Below the pieces are notes generated by a model that was not told the origin of the DNA, made no database searches, and saw only the letters and a program-made list of their open reading frames with translations. DNA of 64,000 bases from the NCBI RefSeq assembly GCF_036321535.1, contig NC_087437.1:48796001-48860000 (forward strand), read 5' to 3'. This document shows positions 1-11,900 of this stretch, in pieces. This stretch comes from Camelus dromedarius. Its lineage: Eukaryota. Position 1 is the first letter of the stretch. Each line of letters begins with the position of its first letter. A program made the position numbers and the translations under genes.

Positions 1-527
1 AAGTCCACCTTCTGGAAATTTAATACAACTATTAACTTTCTGGCCATTTATGTGTACACATACACACATGCACACACACTGTTTTAAATGTGATTATGCT
101 TGCTGTTTTGTGACTTTTCCTCTCTTTAAAAAACTTTTAATTTTAATTTATTGCCAGTTTTATTGAGATATAATTGACATTATTTCCCTTTTAATAATGA
201 ATGTCTTTTCAAGATAATGAAAATAGCTCTACATAAAAATTTTAAAGTTTGTGTAATATTCCATTAGGAATATAACATGGAGACATTGATGTGGGCTTTG
301 GAAATGGAAAGGGGAACTTAAATCCTAGTTCTACTACTAGAACTTGTGTGATTTAAAAAAAAAAAAAACTGATTGCTGTAAATCTCAGTTGCTTAATGGA
401 AATCATAAGGTCTACCTAGCAGGAATAGTAAAGTATTAGCAGGAAGGTGAGGTGGGGGTGTCCAAACTCAAATGTTTTTGGCATGAAAGACCTGAAGAGG
501 ACCAACCTTTATTCTTCAAAGATTAGA

Positions 528-1237
528 TGATACCGAATGCTTTGACCTGGGTCCAAATGGAACTTTCGTAGACTTACCCAAAGTCATTTACATTGAGAAA
601 AAAAAAAGGAAAGTAATACACTGAAGGCCAAAACAAATAAAGAGAGAGAGAGAGAGAAAGAAAAATCCATAAAGCAAAAGTAGTAGTAAGTAGCCCTTTG
701 CAGGAAAAAGCCCCTCAGCCAGAAACCCCTTTTGTCTTATCACCAACCTTAAACCAGGCACCCCCATGCTTTACTCATGTCTGGCCCTCACACACCTTTC
801 AAATCTTGATCGCACAATACCTTGCCTAACATGTCCGTTCTTCTCATAGATCAAAGAAGTAGGAATGGAGAATAAGTAATTAACAGATGACCGGGTCTCT
901 TCTCTAGCTTCTCCTTCAGTAATCTTGTGAACAAACTATGTGAACAAGAAAGCATCTACAGAAAAGATCAGGAGAAGTCGACAAGCCTGAACTCAGTGGG
1001 GGATAGTGACAACTCTGACCCCCTATCTCAATGATTGACTGAGATTTCTTCCTCTTTCCCCTTTAAAACTTTCTCGGCTAAGCAGAATCTTCAGAGTTGG
1101 TTTTTGTGGACCCTGAGTCCACCACCTCCCCACATGGCCAGCATTCTGATGAAAAGCAACTTTCCTTTCTATCAACATTTGTCTCTCCTGAGTATTGATT
1201 TTTGAGCAGTGAGCAGCCGAACTGGAGTTTGGTAACA
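528..1237 (+). mobile_element. Probable ERV1-type solo LTR
   Basis: Imperfect inverted termini tgataccgaa ... tttggtaaca (TG...CA). The 3' part resembles ERV1 LTR R/U5 (ctttaaaa, gagcagtgagcagccg). 5' end uncertain; no clean TSD. Confidence 0.55.
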
Positions 1238-1239
1238 AT

Positions 1240-1885
1240 AGGACCCTTATACATTGCTGGTGGGAATGCAAATGGTGCAGCTGCTTTGGAAAAGAGTCTG
1301 GCAATTCCTCAAAAGGTTAAACATGCAGTTACCTTATGAGTCAGCAATTCCAATTCTAACCATATACTCAAGAATAATTAAAAGGTCTGTCTATACAATA
1401 ACTGTAATCTTCATATATTATTCCTAACAGCTAAAAAAGTGAAAATACGGCAATGTCCACCAACAGTTGAATGAATAAATAAAATGTTGTGGTATACAAT
1501 GGTATATTTGACAATAAAAAGGAATGAATGATGATATATGCTACAACATGGCTGACCCTTGAAAACACTGTGCTAACTGAAAGAAGCCAGCCATAAAAGA
1601 CCACACATTCTATGCTTCTATTTATATGAAATATCTAGACTAGGCAAATCTAATAGCGACAAAAAGTAGATTAGTGGTTGCCTAGGGCTCTGGCGATTGG
1701 GGTGAAATAGGAGTGACTGCCAACAAGTATAGAGTTTTTATTCTGGAGTGGTGAAAATGTTCTAAAATTGATTATGGTGATGGCTGCACAACTCTGTGAA
1801 TATACTAAAAACTATTGAATTTTACAGTTTAAATCAATGAATTGTATGATATGTGAATTATATCTCAATAAAGCTGTTGAAAAAA
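1240..1885 (+). mobile_element. Old L1 (L1MB-like) ORF2 end plus 3'UTR
   Basis: acattgctggtgggaatgcaaatggtgcagctgctttggaaa ... gtgaattatatctcaataaagctgtt followed by an A-run. Confidence 0.85.
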
Positions 1886-1946
1886 GCAAACTAGGGCATT
1901 ATAATTCAGAAGGATCGTAATAAAATGGTATATAAAGCACTGGACA

Positions 1947-2032
1947 GGGAGGTGGGTATAGCTCAGTGGTAGAGTGCATGCAGAGGTCCTGGGTTCAATC
2001 CTCCATTAAAATAAATAAATAATTAAAAAAAA
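1947..2032 (+). mobile_element. tRNA-derived SINE (camelid Vic-1-like), short internally deleted copy
   Basis: A box tagctcagtgg, B box ggttcaatcc, A-rich tail; TSD aaagca(c/t)tggaca at 1934-1946 and 2033-2045. Confidence 0.88.
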
Positions 2033-2859
2033 AAAGCATTGGACAGATGAAGCCCTTAATAAATAGTGGTTATTACTCGAGTGTGTTTAGTTTGTTTACA
2101 TTTTCCTCACCATGATCAGTATTTTAAAAAGAGTATTCCGTATATAGTAATATGGGGCAATTCTACGGGCTCCATTTCTTTCCCCAATCCTTAGAGATGT
2201 AGAAGTGCTGATCAAATGTTATGTACATTTTTTAGGGACCTCCTTTCTTCAGAAAGACTAGGGCTATGCCTGTGGGCATTTCCTTGAGTGTAGAGTGCCA
2301 GCAAATCATCCTTTTCTGAAGCTTTTTTGTCAAAATAGTAATACAACACACAAAAGAATACTTCTAAGTAGTATTTCCACAGGCCTTGCTTTGGGAAAAT
2401 AATAGATACTAAAAACATCTCCATTATAATGCTTAACAGTATTGGGGTAGGTGCTGGTAGAAAAAACACACAAGTTGATTCTGCTTTGATCCTGTTTGTG
2501 GACATTCCTATTCATTGCAGCAGGGGAAAACGTCGTCTCCTATTAAGTTTCCCTGATTACTTCTAACAATGAGGATTACCCTAAACTCTATTGCAGGTTA
2601 TGAACACATCTAAATTGAACCGCAAAAAGTTGAACTTAGCTTGACTTTTTCAGCAGCTAACGTTGTAACAGGTGGGGAGAGGGCTCGACTGAACTGTGTG
2701 AGGTGGTGTGGAACTGTGGAATTTGAGCCAAGAGAAGGCCACCGATTTTTAAAAATAGAGCTAGGCGAAAGAATTCAGAGCACATAGCATGCACATTTTT
2801 AGTCTTCCTCTTTCCTCCAAAATTTGTGCCAATGGACAATTGGAGCCCCCAAAGTTGCT

Positions 2860-4130
2860 CTTCCCGAGGTGAGGACGCTACTCCAGGGCTACTAGCATTT
2901 CAAGGAAGTTTCAGGGCAAGATGCCCGAGAGCAGAGGAATACAGATGCGCGGGACAGGCGGTGCCCGGTCAGTTCACTCCCCGGCGGCTGGAGGGACCGA
3001 CCCGCTGGGGCGGGCAAGCAGCGGGCACTGAGAGGCGGGGACGTAGGGGCGGGTCAGCAAAGGTCGGGCGATTGTGTCGGGAGGCAAACTGGGCGTCGGC
3101 GGCGGCGGGCGGAGCCGTGGGCGAGTGATGTAAAGGGCGGAGGGATCCCACAGGGAGAGTCGGAGCGGCTAGGTGAGACCCCGAGCGGCTAGGTGAGACC
3201 CCAGGGGTGTGGGGCGGGGGATCCCAGTCCCCGCCCTGTTTTCCCCGTCCCTCCCCCTGCCTCCTTCACGCCCCTCCCCCCTCCTCCCCTCTGGTTGGAA
3301 AGTTTCTAGAATCTCTTCCCAGCGGCCTTTGCGGTTCCAACATGGCGGAGCTGACGGTGGAGGTTCGCGGCTCCAACGGGGCTTTCTACAAGGTACCGAG
3401 CTTTTTGGCGCTTTGTTGGGTATTCTGGCGGCTGGGGCAGGTTTGGGGGAGGGGTGGTGGTCCAGGAGACTGAGTTTTGGGGTCGAAAAAGGCGGCCAGG
3501 CCAAAGCCCGAGGCCGCTGGGTTCATCGCTTCTCCCCCCTCCACCCGCGGTTTAACGGTCTCGGGGGCCCCGGCTCCGTTATGTTTTGAAACAACACGTT
3601 GGACACCTCTTGAGTTTTTCTACTCGTGAACCTTCTTCTTGGGTGCGAGTCCCTTGGCGGGCCGGTGAGGAGAAGCTGAGTGGCTGCAGGGCCGCAGGGA
3701 GCTCCTCGGGAGCAGGCCTGAGCGCCGGGAGGTGGGGGAGTCGTGAAAGGAGGTAGTGGGATTGTGTGGTCACAGCCGCTCCCCCGCCCCTCGGACTGTG
3801 CCGAGCGCGAGCGCCTCGGCTCGCTGCTCTGACCCCTCCCCACCCCCTTGGGGGGCGCGTCGCGGAATCTTAAGAATTCACCTTTGTACTAGGGTTTTGT
3901 GCCAATAAACTTTAGTGTCTGAAAGGGAAGCGGATACCGGATTAAGGGTTAGGATCAAAGAGAGAAAACCAGAAACCCTTGAAATGTGGCTAGTAGAAAT
4001 ATTTTTTGCAGCCTGGGAGATTGGGCGGCGCCTTAGCCCCTCTATTACGGAAGAAACGGCGAAGAGTTTTAGCCTTTAAGAATTAAAGCGTGAAACGGGA
4101 TCAGGGAGACACAGGTGGGGACGTGACTAG
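2860..4130 (+). promoter_or_regulatory. FXR1: CpG-island promoter and exon 1 region of FXR1, with GC boxes
   Basis: Sharp rise in GC and CpG density against AT-rich flanks. GGGCGG boxes at about 3007-3014, 3046-3053, 3135-3140 and 3211-3220. No TATA box seen; TSS cannot be determined. Confidence 0.9.
3342..3392 (+). CDS. FXR1: FXR1 exon 1 coding part (MAELTVEVRGSNGAFYK)
   Basis: aacATGG Kozak context; 51 nt; donor AAG|gtaccg. Confidence 0.98.
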
Positions 4131-7100
4131 GTTTTTTGCTTTTAATCAGTTCCCTGGTGTTTTTGGAAGAAGGTGTTGATTTTTGCCCCCCCCCCCCCCC
4201 GAGGTTTTTGTTCGTTTCCAGCGGGAGGAAGGAGATGCATTGCTATGGGATCGGGGCTGGCACATGGAAGAGGAATTCGAGAGTAGAGGAATTCAGTAGG
4301 GGCTTCTGATGTAGGGGTCATAGAAATGAAAATGAAATCCTTAGTTTAGTTTTGCCATTATAACGGTCTCTTCTCCCAATTCTCCTTTTCTCCCAGAGTG
4401 TGCCTTCAGTGTTACAAGATCAATACAAAATCTCCCCAGCTGTTGTCTGTCAGTCAGTCTCACTAAGCCAGCATCTCAAATGTTTGAGAGTCCTGGCTAT
4501 TTTTATTAAGGGCCGTCTCCTAATAACAGGAATATTGTGGGTACGCAGAATGTATTCTCACTGAGTTTCGTTTTAGCGTATCTTTTATCCCCCACAGTAT
4601 TTTAATTTAATAGGTAGTCGTAATCTCTTACTTTCAGCGTTGTTTTTGCCTTTCCTTGTTTACTAATGAGCTGTGTGGAATTGGTTTAGCTGTCACGTGG
4701 TAATAGCGTAGTGGGGAATCACAGTTGGCATCTAAACGATCTCCCTAAGCTTTTTACAAGTTTAAATCTGTTTAGGTGGTCAGCATAAAGTAAAAACAAT
4801 GACTGGTAGAAAGGAGTCTTTTAATGCGTGACAAATTTTATATTATCAGTCTAGATTTAAAACTCGGTGTCAGACAAGAGTAGATACTTCATTAACTTCT
4901 TAAGCCTAATGGTTGCGTTCTCTGAACAACTGCAGATACAGTTGTGGCATAATGCACAAAGAATGGGGTTATCATACCTTTCCTCTCAAGGGTAGATAAG
5001 GTTCATTTTTGCATCAACATCTTCCCACCCCATGAAAAAATTTCAAATTCTTGCTATTTGGCCATACAATTCTTGTTCAATGGATGTATGCATTTTTTCC
5101 TGGCATACTGGCATTTTTCCTGGTTATCTGTTGAAAAGTAGAAAAGGATTACTATGCCTTAACGAATTATTTTCAGCATGTCGATGGTAGGTAAAACATT
5201 TCTTTTTACTCATATATTTTTATGATATCACGTGCTGTAAATACACTTTTTAAATTCATAAGATTCTGTAATAAGATGGTCTTTTTGAAAGTTTTAGTGA
5301 AGATTGTTTACCATCTTACTTTTTCTGTCTCTCTTTTTTTCCTTTTACTTTGTTTTGTCAGTAGTCGAATCCATTTTGAAACTCTAAAGTGTTTATTGTT
5401 GATTATTATCTATACAAATTCTTAGACTTTGATTTCATTACCCATTTTTACCTAACAAAATAAAGTAATGTGGTTCTTTGGCAGAGGTTGGGAAGGACCC
5501 TAGCCACATTTGTATGTACTGAAAAAGCACACACAGTTGGAATTTTATGTCCTGCCATAATCCGCTTGTACATGTGTGGCAACTATGATCTTCAGAACTC
5601 TAGAAGCGTGAGGATGATGAAGAGGAGGGAGCCCTGCATTTGAAATTAAACAAGTGGGAATTCTAGGTCTGTACCTCGGTTTAAATATATCTAGCAATAA
5701 TAACATCCTGAACAAATTTCCTTGGGCATATTTTCTTTTTTTTGTAAAGTGAGGGGTTTGAAGTAGTTCAGTAGTCTGCAGTGTTTTTTATCCCAGGAAA
5801 CTGTCCGCTTGGAAAAAAAAATTGGCTCATTGCACACTTTATTAATTTCAACTCCATGAATTTTTAAAATTAATTTGCATGTAGTAAAATACGTTTTTTG
5901 ACATGGTTATGTAAACTTTTTATAAATGGTGACATTTATGTAACCACCACGAACACAATGAAGTGATAGAATAGTTCTACCATTCCCTAAATTTCTATCA
6001 TGCCCCTTTGTAGTCAACTTCTCTCACTCCCAGAACCTATGGTGGTTTCTGTCCCCATAGTTTTACCTTTTCCACAATGTCCTAAATGTAGAATCATAGA
6101 GAATACTGTGTAAAGTTCAAAATTTGGCGTCTTCTGTTTGGTGTAGCGATAGTTTCATTTTAAGTAATTTTTTTCCTATTTAAAAATTAATACATGGTCA
6201 TTGAGGGAATTTTGGAAACTGTCAGGAAAAAACAAGTTGCTTTGCGATAACAGCTGTTAACACTTCGGTGTATTTTTTTAGTGGTGGTTTTAAACATACA
6301 GGTGATTCTGATTTTCCTCCCCCCCCCCCCAGCTGTAAATGTGAATTGTCATTGAAGAATTTCAGAGTCATGGGATTAGTAGCCAGTATCATCGTGCCTA
6401 AGGCATTGCTCTATGGACATTGATTTAAGATTTTTAGTAGAACTGAAACTTCATTTCACATAGTAATTGGAACCAGGGAAAAGCGGAAGAGTTGACCTAA
6501 AAATAGGATAGTCTCCCCCCCACACCCCCGAAAATATTTACACAGACTGTTGCACACTAAATACTTTGTCCTGCATCCTGTTCTTTTTACTTAACAGTGG
6601 ATCTGTGGTTGTTAAAGATAAAAAATTTGATATGCTCCTGTTTGCAGCCCTGTAACTCTTTGGGGATTGGGAAAAATGGGAAATATGTTATGATAGGGGA
6701 TGTAATTTTATATAAAAATTTGCCTTTTCTACCGGAGTGTAGCATCTTAGGGTTTATACTACTGGTCATTTAAGGTGCCCCGCCCCGCCCCTCACCTTTT
6801 CCTTTAGCTTTTCAATAGATTTTACATTCTATAATAGTGTACTTACAGAGTTGTGTAACAATTACCGCAATCTTATTTAACATCTCTATTAACCCCAGAA
6901 AAGCCTCGTGCCCATTTGGAATAATTAAAATACTTTTAAACTCATGTGTGTGATATTAAGCTTTGTAATAGCATTGCAACTTGCATAGCCGTGGGCAGAA
7001 TATAATTTTAACTAGAAGTTGAAAGTAAGTCACTCAGTTTCTGGCTCTTGTAGAGGAAAGTTTCCATGGTGTTCCAAGGAAATGTGTGATCTCTAAGATG

Positions 7101-7789
7101 GCTGAATGAATTTCAAGCCTTCTCTGTAGAAAATAGAATTACTTTTGGAACTCTGTGATTTCTGCTTTTGACGCTAATTGTTTGCAAAACAAATTTCAAA
7201 GTACTGCGATATTTCCAGAATTTCCTTTTAGCTTTAGCTTAATATTAAAATGAGATTTGAGAATAATTAAATTTTGCAGTAGGCTTATTATCACTAATGA
7301 AGGTGACCTACAGAGTTACAGTGAAAGAGTTGTTTTGAGACTACTGACTTTTCAATGTTAGTACAGAATGTTTTGATATCTTGCTGGAGATTAGTAATTC
7401 AGGAAAAGATAGTGGCTGTCTTAATACTAGGGCCACTCTATTAAGTTAAAAGCACACAGTTACAGGTATTTTGAAGCTACTTTTGTGCATGTTTTAAAAT
7501 GCAGTTTTTATAAATATTAAAAGAACTAAGATTTAACTTACTTGAAAAGGCCACTTAATTTTTAGAAATTGAAATTAAATATTTTTCCTGTGAAGTTTTG
7601 TTTTGTATTACAAGAACTATATGTAATTAGGAAAAATCTGAAAACAGAAAAGTGAAAAAAGAAAAAGTCTCATCTAGGATATATTGTAAAAGCTTTGGCT
7701 TTGCTTACAGAAAATATTTTTTTCCCTCATTTTTATTTTTATGCCCCTGTGTATTTTCTGTATCATCAGGTATTTGTGTGCCTTCTGTG

Positions 7790-8000
7790 ACTAAGATAAT
7801 AATTTAGTATGAGTGCCTATTATTTACTGTATATTCGTTGCGGCTTATACATGTGCTAACTAATTTTGTTCTCTCAAGGACTGCAGTGAGGTATGTGTTT
7901 TTATCCTCGTTTTACGTATTAGGTAACTAATAATGATTAAGTAAGTTGTCCCAATTATACTGTACTGAAATGAGATTTAGCTCTAGGGCTTCTCAACTTC
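7790..8000 (-). mobile_element. MIR-like fragment
   Basis: Degenerate MIR core (gtgaggtatg...atcctcgttttac...ttaagtaagttgtccca). Confidence 0.55.
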
Positions 8001-8324
8001 CAGTTGTATAAGTTTAGCATAGCATCAGAGGTTCTCCAAAGGAAATCTGAGGGTAGTAAGTAGTTAAGGTTATGCTTTAGATAGGGAGATAAGGCAGACA
8101 CTTGACTGGGTAACTCAAGAAGTGCATTCTCTACCATGATGAAGGATGCAGCAAACTTGCTTTTTTTGTTGTGGGAAGAGCAATATGTGTTCTATGATTG
8201 TACTAACTACTTGTGAGACCTTGGGTTTTTCATCTGCAGTGTGAGGCGCTGGGTTTTCTCTTAAAAGACAGTGTGGAATCTGCTAGGTTACTTCACTAAA
8301 GTCCCATCCCGCTCTAGCAACAGC

Positions 8325-8530
8325 TGTTATTTATTGAGCACTCAGGAGTATCAGATTATGTGAAAGTACTTTACATCAGTTTATCTTATTAAGCCCTCTC
8401 AATCATAGTGAAAGAGTTACAACCAGCTGAGGAAACTGAGGCTAAGGGAATCTAGGTCTGTAAAATAGGCTGATTCAACATTCAGAATGATCTTTCAGGC
8501 TCCAGAGCGCCTATCTCTTTAACCATTATG
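8325..8530 (-). mobile_element. MIR-like fragment
   Basis: tttattgagcac ... tgaggaaactgaggct core. Confidence 0.6.
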
Positions 8531-8679
8531 TGATTTTTTTTCCAAGTATAAATATATGGCTTATAAATGATCATTACTTATAAATTATTACTGATTAATA
8601 CAGTGGAAGTCAAGAGAACTGAATTGGGAGGATTCCTCTAGAAATGATTTGAGCTGTCTTCCCTTTACAAAAATCTTTT

Positions 8680-8962
8680 CTATGTTGAGCCACTAGCCAT
8701 GGGACTGAAATGTGCTAGTGTGAATTGAGATGTGCTTTAATTGTAAAAGTCATGCTAAATTTCAAAGACATGCTGTTTTTCAAAGAAAGGAATGTAAGAC
8801 TCTGTAATTTTAAAATACTGATTACATGTTGAAATAATATTTTGGATACATATGGTTAAAATTATTAAAATTAACTCCACCTGTTACTTTTTATGTATTT
8901 TAATACACCTAGAACTTTTAAAACTAGATATGTGGGTCAAATTATAATTTGTGCTGGATGGT
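8680..8962 (-). mobile_element. hAT-Charlie MITE, MER33-like
   Basis: gccactagcca...gaaatgtgctagtgtgaattgagatgtgct...ttacatgttgaaataatattttggata matches the MER33 pattern as recalled. Confidence 0.7.
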
Positions 8963-11900
8963 TATGATTTATACCATCCTCAGTTTATATTGTTGGTTGT
9001 GTATGGTATTCTGGGAAATATTTGAAGTGCTTTTTTATATAGGTATATATGTGAAAATTTCTACTCAAGTTTTCTTAAGATGTGTCACATCTTGGTAACA
9101 TTGGTACAGTAGTATCAAAAGGTTTTAGAAAATTCTTTCGCAGATTTTTTAGCTAATAGTAATAAGTTCTGTTGTGATGCTTCTATTGAATTTTCTAGGA
9201 GTAAATCTTCTAGGACTGAATCCTCATAAAGAATAGCTTGAGTGAAACAAAATTAAGCTATGCAAAGCGTTGCTTTTGTTAATCTGAACATGGATATTTG
9301 CACATACAGCAGTCTCTTCAGTTTATTTTTCTTTACATTAAAGAAGCTGTAAGCCGTGGGAAGACTGAACCAAAATTAAATCTCAGTTAAATGTCAGTTG
9401 TTGTAACTTGTGTCCTGTACTCTAAGCATTTTTTGCTTAACTTTTTTGGGAGCATGAGTAGAGGTCTCCTCATTAATAACTATGAAATTTATAGTTATTG
9501 TTGGCAAAGGAACATGACATTTCCCTGTCAAGATTTCTTCAGCATCAGGAATCTCAACTTTCAGACTTCTGTCTCTGTGCCTTTCTTTTTTTGGCTAATC
9601 ATCGTTAAAGTTCTTTCTTGCTTCATAGCTTTTTGCTTTTAGTAGTCTCCCAGGTTATTTTCAAGTCTAAGTTTTCCTTACTCTTTCCTGACTCTGTGTG
9701 TATTTAGTATAGTAGGTCTTCAGTACATATTTGTTGAATGAACAAACGAATCATTCTCGGTTTCTGGGCATTCTTTGATTTGTTGTTAATCTTTATATAA
9801 CCGCATATGTACAAACTTCATCTTTTCTGATTTTGTTTCAGACTGAACTTGAATTTTTTTAATGGGTTATGTGTTGATCTTGGTCGAGTTCAGATATTGT
9901 CCCAGAACTTTATGCATACATAAACTATAAGGAACTTAAACTCTTTGTAACAGGAAAATCATTATAGTTTTGTGTGGCCATTTGAAATCTGAGTCATTCC
10001 ATTTCAAGAACTGTTGGATATTATAAACTTGTGAAATTAATGAGCCAAGAACATTATTATTATGCAAGCATAATGTATTCATGTATTCTTACGAAATCCT
10101 TACATTCTCATTGTCATTTTTTTATTCAGAAAAGGTGAATTTTCAGTAGTAATGGATGCTGAAGGCTTGCCTTGAATAACTTTTTTTCCTTAATAGAACT
10201 TATTTCAGAATGATGAAATTATTTTGGTAATGAATGATGTAATTAGTAAATCTGTGGACTTTATTTGTAGAATATGTGTCCATTGATTTGAAATGATTTC
10301 CATTTATAGGTTTAGGTCCTTTTAAAAAAGTGTATTGTTTGAAGTTAAAGTTTTTGATTGAAGTAGCAGTCTTGAATGTTTGTGTTTATTACTGAAATCA
10401 GATTGCAACTCAGATCTTTTAGGTGTTGTAAACATCAAACAAGTTTGTTACTTAGAATGTAGATTTGAGATCACTAGAGTTGGAAAAGATTGGGTAGTGA
10501 TAATGTATATGTATGCTATATGGAAAAAGTGCTGGTTGACAGCATTAAAGATATATATCAACTCTTTAAAAATACACATTTATTTAATTTTATATATATT
10601 TATAAGCATATACAAATTTACTCTATTGTAAATTTTTTTTCCTTTTTTTTTTTTTCCTTGGCTTCCCTTCACTTGATCTCTTATCCACACTCCATTTCAG
10701 GTAGCCTCTTTATAGCTGAGTATACATACATCATACCAGATTTTTCTTAATACTCATAGAATGTACATAGGTACACATTCAGGTACAAATGTAGGTTTTC
10801 TTCAGTACTGCTTTATAAAAATAAGATAATCTACACCTTGGCTGTATTGTCTTGGAGTATAATTTTTTAATGGTTATTTCTTGGTAAAAATTATGAAATC
10901 TAGCCATTCCCCAGTTAATAGACACTTTGTTTTCAGATTTTTGCCGCTCCATGTATGTTTTTCCATTGGATAGGTTTCAAAGAGTTTGACAGCTTACTGG
11001 AAGGGATTTTTTTTTTTTTAACTCTAATAAATGTTAACAGATTACATTCTGAAAAGTTTAACACTTCCTATTTTCTCTGCTGATGAATGTTAACTCTTTT
11101 CTTTACATCCTTGCCAGAAATGGGTTTTATAATCTTTGATTTTTGCTAGTCCTTTGGATGTGAAAGGTTATCTCTTTGCAACTTTGATTTGCAAATCCCC
11201 ACTTGTGAATTTTAATGTTTGGCCATTTGGGTTTGCTTTTCCATAAATTGCCTATTGTTTCTCTATTTTCCTTTTGGGATGTCCTATTTCACTTTTTGAG
11301 TTTTTTTTTTTTTTTTTTAAGGATTCTGTTATAATGCCCTTTCCCTGTCTATACCTGTTAACTTTCCAGTATCTCTGGCCATAGAGAAGTTCTACTTTTT
11401 ACATACTGAACTTTACTTTTACCTGTTAAGGCTCAGGGTTTCCAGTCCTGGTTAAGACAGCCTGTGTCCAGATTAACATATAATTTTTAAAATTTTCTGA
11501 TAGAGTTTTATTTATTTCATGTCTACTACATCAAGACTTACTTTGAATATTTGTAGGCAGTTGTGCTAGCACCATGTATTAAATAATCTCTGTTTTCAAG
11601 GTTTTTTTTTTTTTGCATGTGGGAAATTAGATACTTGTTCTCTTTAACCAGATATTCCTCACTTCTAGGATTGAGACAGGAGGAGGATGTCCAGAATCTT
11701 GGAGAGCTGGGTTCCATTCAGGGTTGATAGAACCTTCTGAGAATTGTTCCAAAAAGTCTCTGGGGTTCTCTGCAAAGATCATAAAGAGTCCCTGAGGGGA
11801 GGACATTGTGACTTAGCTTTGGGCAAATAAAGCCAGTTAAGAGTCTTATTTTCTTTACTTTAATGCTCTGAGCCTTCTGTTGTTTGACCTACCACATAGT

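Noticed and set aside
1958..2002. tRNA-like A and B boxes (also near 26160, 27440 and 31400)
   Set aside because: These are SINE heads with A-tails and TSD-like flanks; they form no cloverleaf, so they are not tRNA genes.
3177..3341. Open frame upstream of and in frame with the ATG (GTG 3207, CTG 3291), suggesting a non-AUG N-terminal extension
   Set aside because: A 55-codon stop-free stretch is unremarkable in GC-rich sequence; start contexts are weak and there is no other support.
2826..3843. Several overlapping ORFs of about 60-126 aa on both strands
   Set aside because: Expected stop-codon depletion in a CpG island; no recognisable protein apart from exon 1.
5485..5610. cctaac branch-like motif plus ttctttggcag acceptor in intron 1
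   Set aside because: An intervening AG, a short pyrimidine tract and ambiguous donors.
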